From a bacterium (GTDB lineage: Bacteria > Margulisbacteria > Marinamargulisbacteria > GCA-2716485 > JAYNIM01), in assembly GCA_038109055.1 (NCBI GenBank), contig JAYNIM010000001.1, positions 49,270 to 70,944 of the forward strand: DNA of 21,675 nt, given 5' to 3'. A model generated the notes under the pieces. It saw nothing but the letters and a program-made list of their open reading frames with translations. It did not search any database and was not told where the DNA came from. A program made the position numbers and the translations under genes. The number at the start of each line of letters is the position of its first letter. The first letter of the stretch is position 1. Positions 15,989-21,675 of the stretch are shown here, piece by piece.

Positions 15989-17566
15989 ATGTCTAATGTA
16001 AATTCTGAGATTTTAAAGCGCAGAACGTTTGGTATTATTAGTCATCCAGATGCGGGTAAAACGACGTTAACGGAGAAGTTATTGTTAATGGGCGGGGCTA
16101 TTCATGTTGCTGGTACAGTGAAATCTAGAAAGTCTGGGCGCTTTGCGGCAAGTGATTTTATGGAAATTGAAAAGCAGAGAGGTATTTCGGTGTCTTCATC
16201 TGTCATGGGCTTTGTGTATAATAATTTTCAAGTTAATTTATTGGATACTCCAGGGCATAAAGATTTTTCTGAGGATACTTATCGTACTTTAACCGCAGTT
16301 GACTCAGCCTTGATGGTGATTGATTGTACAAAGGGTGTTGAGATGCAAACTCGCAAACTTATGCAGGTATGTCGTATGAGACAAACACCTATTTTGACTT
16401 TTATTAATAAATTAGATCGAGAAGGTAAACATCCGATTGAGCTTTTGGATGAAATTGAGAAAGAGCTGGATATTAAAGTTTGTCCGTGTTCTTGGCCTAT
16501 TGGGATGGGACGATCGTTTAAGGGTGTTTATGATCTATTACAATCTAAAGTTGTGTTTTTTAAGTCACATGCTCGCTCTGATTCTGGTGATTCTTTTACT
16601 TTTGATTCATTGGATGATCCAGAGTTACAACGTTATTTGGGTCCGCTTTATGCTACCTTGCGTGAAGAGTTGGAATTGCTTTCATTGTATCCTGCATTTG
16701 ATGTGGAGGCGTATTTAGCAGGGTCTCTTACACCTGTTTTTTTTGGTTCGGCAGTAAATAATTTTGGGATTCAGGAGTTGTTGGATTGTTTTGTGAATAT
16801 TGCGCCTTCTCCCTTACCTCGGCAGACTTTGCAACGAGAAGTTTGTGCCCAGGAACCTTCTTTTTCAGGTTTTATATTTAAAATTCATGCGAATATTGAT
16901 CCAAAGCATCGAGATCGTATTGCCTTTTTACGGATTTGCTCTGGAGTTTTTGAGCGAAATAAAGCGTATTGGCATCCTCGTTTGAAAAAAAAATTGCGTT
17001 TTGCTAATCCTACCTCGTTTATGGCCAGAGATAAGAGTATTGTAGACATTGCTTATCCTGGAGATATTGTAGGTTTACATGATACGGGAAATTTTAAGAT
17101 TGGGGATGCATTAACAGAGGGTGAAGGTTTGAAATTTACGGGCATTCCGCATTTTTCGCCAGAGATTTTTAGAGTGGTTGTGAATAAAAATCCCATGAAA
17201 GCAAAGCAATTACAAAAAGGATTGATGCAACTTTGTGAAGAAGGTTTGGCACAGTTATTTGTACGGTCTTTGGATCAATCTAAGCTTTTGGGTACCGTGG
17301 GCTTATTGCAATTTGATGTTATTCAATATCGCTTGGCACATGAATATGGAGCTGAATGTCTTTTTGAGCCCTTTGATTTTTATAAAGCATGTTGGGTTAC
17401 AGCTAATGATGCGGCTATTTTGAGTCAATTTTGGAAATCTAGACAGCGTCAGCATGCTACGGATATACAAGATAGACCTGTTTATTTAGCGGAAAGTCAG
17501 TGGGGCTTGGATCGTGAAATGTCAGAAAATCCTGATATATCTTTTTCTTTTAGTTCTGAAATTTAG
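15989..17566 (+). CDS. prfC: Peptide chain release factor 3
   Basis: 'RRTFGIISHPDAGKTTLTEKLL', 'SDFMEIEKQRGIS', 'DTPGH.DFSEDTYRTL', 'NKLD', 'HRDRIAF.R', 'VG.LQFDV..RL..EY'. Confidence 0.97.
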   Translation: MSNVNSEILKRRTFGIISHPDAGKTTLTEKLLLMGGAIHVAGTVKSRKSGRFAASDFMEIEKQRGISVSSSVMGFVYNNFQVNLLDTPGHKDFSEDTYRTLTAVDSALMVIDCTKGVEMQTRKLMQVCRMRQTPILTFINKLDREGKHPIELLDEIEKELDIKVCPCSWPIGMGRSFKGVYDLLQSKVVFFKSHARSDSGDSFTFDSLDDPELQRYLGPLYATLREELELLSLYPAFDVEAYLAGSLTPVFFGSAVNNFGIQELLDCFVNIAPSPLPRQTLQREVCAQEPSFSGFIFKIHANIDPKHRDRIAFLRICSGVFERNKAYWHPRLKKKLRFANPTSFMARDKSIVDIAYPGDIVGLHDTGNFKIGDALTEGEGLKFTGIPHFSPEIFRVVVNKNPMKAKQLQKGLMQLCEEGLAQLFVRSLDQSKLLGTVGLLQFDVIQYRLAHEYGAECLFEPFDFYKACWVTANDAAILSQFWKSRQRQHATDIQDRPVYLAESQWGLDREMSENPDISFSFSSEI

Positions 17567-17641
17567 AATCCTTTAATATTTCTTCTTTTTTCTTCTTTTT
17601 TCCTCTTTACTTTAGTATTATTAAAATGATTAGTAATTACT

Positions 17642-20600
17642 ATGAAAAAAGGGTTTATTTTTAATATTATTAAGATTTTTATCTTATTCAGCCTCTTATT
17701 TGTTCAGGTTGTTAAGGCTGATGTTACTACTTTACTGTCTTTGAGTTTGTCTTCTGTGAATCAACTGGGTGAGTCTACGCCTTTGAATCAATCCAACGTC
17801 CAAGTGAAAATTGAAATTTATCATCTTGACGCTGGTTCTACATCTTATACTGAGGGTTCACAGGTTCATCAGCAAGTGTCACATTCAGATGTGAATGCTG
17901 GGGTTGCAAGGGTGGAATTAGAGACTAAGGTTTCTCATTTTTTGCATGAAAATGTTTGGATGGTCGTGTCTGTTTGGAATACTGATATTATAGCGTGGGA
18001 GACTTTTGATGCGGTCCGTATTCATGCGGTGCCCTATTCGGTTCTTTCTCACTATTCCTTAGAAGCTGAAAGTATTCGCTGGAATGAAGACACCTTTCCA
18101 ACCTTAAATCGTATGTTGGTTTCTACAAACGCTTTATGGGTGGCTAGCCCAAATTTTTCTTCGGGTGGGGGATCTGCTTCGGGGGTGGTCTTAGGCGATC
18201 GTTCTGTTTTGAGTGATTATTTGATGGATTATTCTGTGACGGAGATGAAAATTGCGACGGATGCAGTGGGGCTTAGAGCATTAAGTACAAATGTTACGCT
18301 TCAAAATTTATCGGGTTATGAGCAATTGGGATTTTTGGCGACACAAAATAGACTTGATGCAAGCTTAATTGATGGATCTATTCCTGTTCATCAGATTAGT
18401 GGGATTAATTTTGGAGCATCGGCAGTATTGTTAGATCATTCTGTTGAAAATCGTCATCTTAAGTCTAAAGTTGAGAATGGTTATTCTGGTATAAGTTTTA
18501 ATAAAAAGATTAATTATCACACGCTTCCTCTTAGTTTACGACGTTTGGTTTCGATGAATTTGTTAACGCCATCAGATTGGACTAGTGATGAGGGGAAAAT
18601 TAATTTGGGGGATGTTTCACAGTTATTTGTAACACCTAATGGGACTACAACTAATCAGTTAGATGCGCAGCGCTATATTTATTTTAATCCAGGGGTTAGG
18701 TTGATTAGTGCAAATTCTGTTGATTTTCAAAGTCAATCGATTCCTTTTTCTGCTGTAGATTTTGTCCATTCAAATACTAACCAAGTAAATTCTGTCATTC
18801 CTTTTTCTGCTATTAATATGGGGGGGGCTTCGCTTGCAAGTAAGTTGGAGGATTTCAGTATTTCAGCAGATAAGTTACAGCGTGGTGGGTTTGACACGAC
18901 TTTTTTTCAAATTGGGTCTTTAGATGCTAGTGTCTTACAGTCTCAAAGCATTAAACATCAGCATTTGGATACCTATATTGTTCATGAAGATTCTATTTCT
19001 GATAATGCTATTGTTTCAAGACATATTAGTTTTTCCTTTACATCCGAACAATTTGCTGATGGGGCTGTAGATTCTAGGATTATAAAGGATACGTCTATTT
19101 TAGGTAGTGATATTGCGGATAATGTTATTGGAGGGAGTAAATTATCTGCAGTGTTGTTTAGTCGTGGAGCGGTTAAGTTAGAGGGTAGTCGTGCCTATTT
19201 AGATGTTAAATTAGATCCTGTTGGTGGAATCACGAAGAATGCTTCTCATGAATTGAAAATTGAAGCATCTACAGCTTTTTCTCAGCTTTTTCCTGCATTA
19301 AAGGATGGAACTATTTCGGATGGGATTCTTCCTTATTTTAAAAGAGATGAGAATACCTTTGCTGCTAGTAATATTTACTATAGTGAGGTTGGTGATAATA
19401 AAGAAATAAGTATTGGTATCGGTGATCCGACCTCTAAATTTTTTGTGTATGGGGGAGCTTATTTTATGAAGGATGCAGTGTTTTCAGGTTTTGCTACTTT
19501 TGAAAATATATGGATTAACAAAGGAGTTACACTGAATACAGGAGTTGTAGCGGTTATTCCAGAGATTCAGGGGCGGGTAAATAACGGGTTTACCTTGTAT
19601 GCAAGAACTATAGATGATAGTCATCCCTCTGAGCGTTATTTGGCGTATAGCGTGAGTTATAATGAGTCTATTATTAACAATAACAAGACACGTTTGGGGT
19701 TTCGCGGTGAGGTTACGGATAATAATTTTATGACTATTTTTCATGGTGATACCTATGTTGCGGGGGCATTGACAGCGGATTTGATTTCGCAGAATTTAAT
19801 GAGTGTTCAGTATTTTAATGCGAATAATATTGTTGTTCCTGAGGCTGCTGGTGTACATGTGACGTTTAATGCTGATACATATATTTCGAGTAATTTGGGC
19901 GTTTTGGGGATGGTTTTTGTAACAGGTTCATCTTTTGTTTCGGGTAGTTTTGATGTTCAAGGAAAAGCGTTTTTTCATGATACGACCACGGCTAATAACT
20001 TGGTTGTCACTCATGATTTGAGTGTGTCACATATTCGTGGATCTACTTATCCCGATCTGTTATTTATTGAACCTATGGTATCGATGGATAAGGTGTTGAC
20101 TGTTAATGAGGGGATATATAGTTATCAATACTTTTCTACGACATCGACAAATGGCTTGCAATTTTATGCGGGGGATACGATGGATCTTCCGGCGATATAT
20201 GTTAGTGATAATGGGCGTATTGCTATGGGTAGAGGATCTTATCCATCTTATTCAGAATTGATGTTGAATGAGGTTAAATTGCTTCCGACGCCCCAGTTAT
20301 TTGTGTCTGGAGATGTGGCGATTTCGGGGAATATTGCCTTTAGTAAGGGCTTGACAGCGAATGAGCAAAGTTTTTTCTTGGGTGGGTTGGACGTTTATGA
20401 GAGTTTGTTGGTGAGTGGTTCAATGATGCGCATTGTGTCGGATGATTTTACGTTGTTTTCTGCGTTTATATCTGCGCCTAATGATGTTGAAAATAGGGCT
20501 ATAGGTATAGGGATAGCCACGCCTAATATGATGGCTACTTTTCCTGGCTATCCATATATTTTAGAAGTATCTGGAAATACCCATTTGAGTGGGAATGTCT

Positions 20601-21675
20601 TGATTGATTCGACTTCGACGTTAAATACTACACATATTGCTGGTTTAAGAACGATTAATGTATCTGAAGAGGGGTTACATATTGTTTCAGGTGACCATCA
20701 TTTACTTAGATTTCGGATGGTAGAATTGGATAATCCTCCACGGCAGTATCCACAGGTGTTTATGGGTGTACACGATCTTAATAAGACAAAGCAGTTTACG
20801 GATAAGCAGGTAATACCTACCGCGACATTGTTTGTTTCGGGAGATGTGCGTGTATTGGGTACTTTGCATGCCGATAAAGAAATTACAGATGCGTTTGGGA
20901 CGTTTTTTGAATATGCGTATACGGAGCATTTTGAGGTTGTGCCTAGTGATGATATCTTAACGGGTACTCCCATCTTTTATGCGACTATGACTAAAAATGT
21001 ATCAGGTGCTTCTGGTGGTAAGGTGGGGATTAATACTAAAGATCCTGAATTTTCATTTGATGTTCATGCAGACTCTGCTTTTAGAGAGGCAGTTACGATT
21101 AACTTTTTAGGCGTTTCGACCTCAATGATAGTTACCCAGGATGTGACGGTGAATTCGATAGTGTATGCGTCGAATTTTCGATCTACTTCTGATACAGGTC
21201 TTCGATTATTTGGATATGATAGAACGACACCGTCTATTTTAATAAGTTCTAATGGGGTGGTTGCTTTGGGACTTATGAAGGATGAGTGGTTAACGACTTA
21301 TAATAAGTATCAATTCGTAGTAGGGGGTGATACGCGTGTGTTAGGTTCTCTGGATACAGATTCATTATCTGTCTCCAATGATTTGTTAGTTTCTAGAAAT
21401 TTGACCGTAAATTCGACCGTCTATGCCTCCAGGTATCGAGCTGTTAGTGATGATATTGGTTTCTTGATGTATGCGACAGAGGACACGCCGAATGTGTCGT
21501 TTTTGGTGAGTTCAAATGGTCATGTGGGAATTGGGTATGGGGTGACCTACAATGCTGGATCAGGTGTTGATCGCTTTAATTTGTATGTGTCGGGAAATAC
21601 AGGCGTCGAAGGGCATGGAAAGACTGCGATGTATGTGACAGGGGGAATGCAGATTGATTATGTGACAGCGAGTGA
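17642..21675 (+). CDS. Very large secreted tail-fibre-like/adhesin protein (at least 1344 aa, 3'-truncated by the window edge)
   Basis: The ATG at 17642 opens a frame with no stop to the window end, which is why it is missing from the ORF track. Signal peptide 'MKKGFIFNIIKIFILFSLLFVQVVKA'; N-domain ending 'RIHAVPYS'; decapeptide repeats ('FADGAVDSRI', 'IADNVIGGSKL'); repeated 'G.VGI[GN]' and 'LFVSGD/VSGN' motifs. Confidence 0.85.
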   Translation, partial: MKKGFIFNIIKIFILFSLLFVQVVKADVTTLLSLSLSSVNQLGESTPLNQSNVQVKIEIYHLDAGSTSYTEGSQVHQQVSHSDVNAGVARVELETKVSHFLHENVWMVVSVWNTDIIAWETFDAVRIHAVPYSVLSHYSLEAESIRWNEDTFPTLNRMLVSTNALWVASPNFSSGGGSASGVVLGDRSVLSDYLMDYSVTEMKIATDAVGLRALSTNVTLQNLSGYEQLGFLATQNRLDASLIDGSIPVHQISGINFGASAVLLDHSVENRHLKSKVENGYSGISFNKKINYHTLPLSLRRLVSMNLLTPSDWTSDEGKINLGDVSQLFVTPNGTTTNQLDAQRYIYFNPGVRLISANSVDFQSQSIPFSAVDFVHSNTNQVNSVIPFSAINMGGASLASKLEDFSISADKLQRGGFDTTFFQIGSLDASVLQSQSIKHQHLDTYIVHEDSISDNAIVSRHISFSFTSEQFADGAVDSRIIKDTSILGSDIADNVIGGSKLSAVLFSRGAVKLEGSRAYLDVKLDPVGGITKNASHELKIEASTAFSQLFPALKDGTISDGILPYFKRDENTFAASNIYYSEVGDNKEISIGIGDPTSKFFVYGGAYFMKDAVFSGFATFENIWINKGVTLNTGVVAVIPEIQGRVNNGFTLYARTIDDSHPSERYLAYSVSYNESIINNNKTRLGFRGEVTDNNFMTIFHGDTYVAGALTADLISQNLMSVQYFNANNIVVPEAAGVHVTFNADTYISSNLGVLGMVFVTGSSFVSGSFDVQGKAFFHDTTTANNLVVTHDLSVSHIRGSTYPDLLFIEPMVSMDKVLTVNEGIYSYQYFSTTSTNGLQFYAGDTMDLPAIYVSDNGRIAMGRGSYPSYSELMLNEVKLLPTPQLFVSGDVAISGNIAFSKGLTANEQSFFLGGLDVYESLLVSGSMMRIVSDDFTLFSAFISAPNDVENRAIGIGIATPNMMATFPGYPYILEVSGNTHLSGNVLIDSTSTLNTTHIAGLRTINVSEEGLHIVSGDHHLLRFRMVELDNPPRQYPQVFMGVHDLNKTKQFTDKQVIPTATLFVSGDVRVLGTLHADKEITDAFGTFFEYAYTEHFEVVPSDDILTGTPIFYATMTKNVSGASGGKVGINTKDPEFSFDVHADSAFREAVTINFLGVSTSMIVTQDVTVNSIVYASNFRSTSDTGLRLFGYDRTTPSILISSNGVVALGLMKDEWLTTYNKYQFVVGGDTRVLGSLDTDSLSVSNDLLVSRNLTVNSTVYASRYRAVSDDIGFLMYATEDTPNVSFLVSSNGHVGIGYGVTYNAGSGVDRFNLYVSGNTGVEGHGKTAMYVTGGMQIDYVTAS

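Noticed and set aside
17578..17602. Pyrimidine repeat (ttcttcttttt x2) after prfC as a terminator
   Set aside because: No stem-loop precedes it; it is low-complexity sequence consistent with the T bias.
19484..20973. Minus-strand ORFs of 75-91 aa listed in the track
   Set aside because: They lie antisense within the giant + strand ORF and have no recognisable features.
17642..21675. Prophage tail gene
   Set aside because: It has a Sec signal peptide and follows prfC directly, with no integrase, capsid or other phage genes in view. Downstream context is not visible.

Overview
A bacterial chromosomal window that is AT-rich, uses the standard genetic code, and has a strongly G/T-skewed + strand. 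YadA-type anchors imply a diderm. Housekeeping genes: 3' end of der/engA, queD, ilvD, an M32 carboxypeptidase, pdxA-rsmA, a mitochondrial-type aconitase, an Hsp20 and prfC. Four features stand out. (1) A single ORF fuses a GGQ peptidyl-tRNA hydrolase domain (release factor-like, C12orf65/ArfB class) in frame to a complete RbgA/YlqF 50S-maturation GTPase. (2) Two tandem paralogous trimeric-autotransporter-like genes carry 3x60-bp internal repeats; one has a duplicated beta-hairpin that gives a predicted six-strand rather than four-strand anchor. (3) A secreted tail-fibre-like ORF of more than 1344 codons runs off the window end and is absent from the ORF track. (4) A -10-like box lies 6-7 nt before the ATG of five Shine-Dalgarno-less genes, suggesting leaderless mRNAs. 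A probable alkaline-phosphatase-superfamily pseudoenzyme, a degenerate MgtC-like protein and a 608-aa orphan membrane protein are also present. No rRNA, tRNA, CRISPR array or transposase was seen. All family calls come from recognising motifs by eye; no searches were run.
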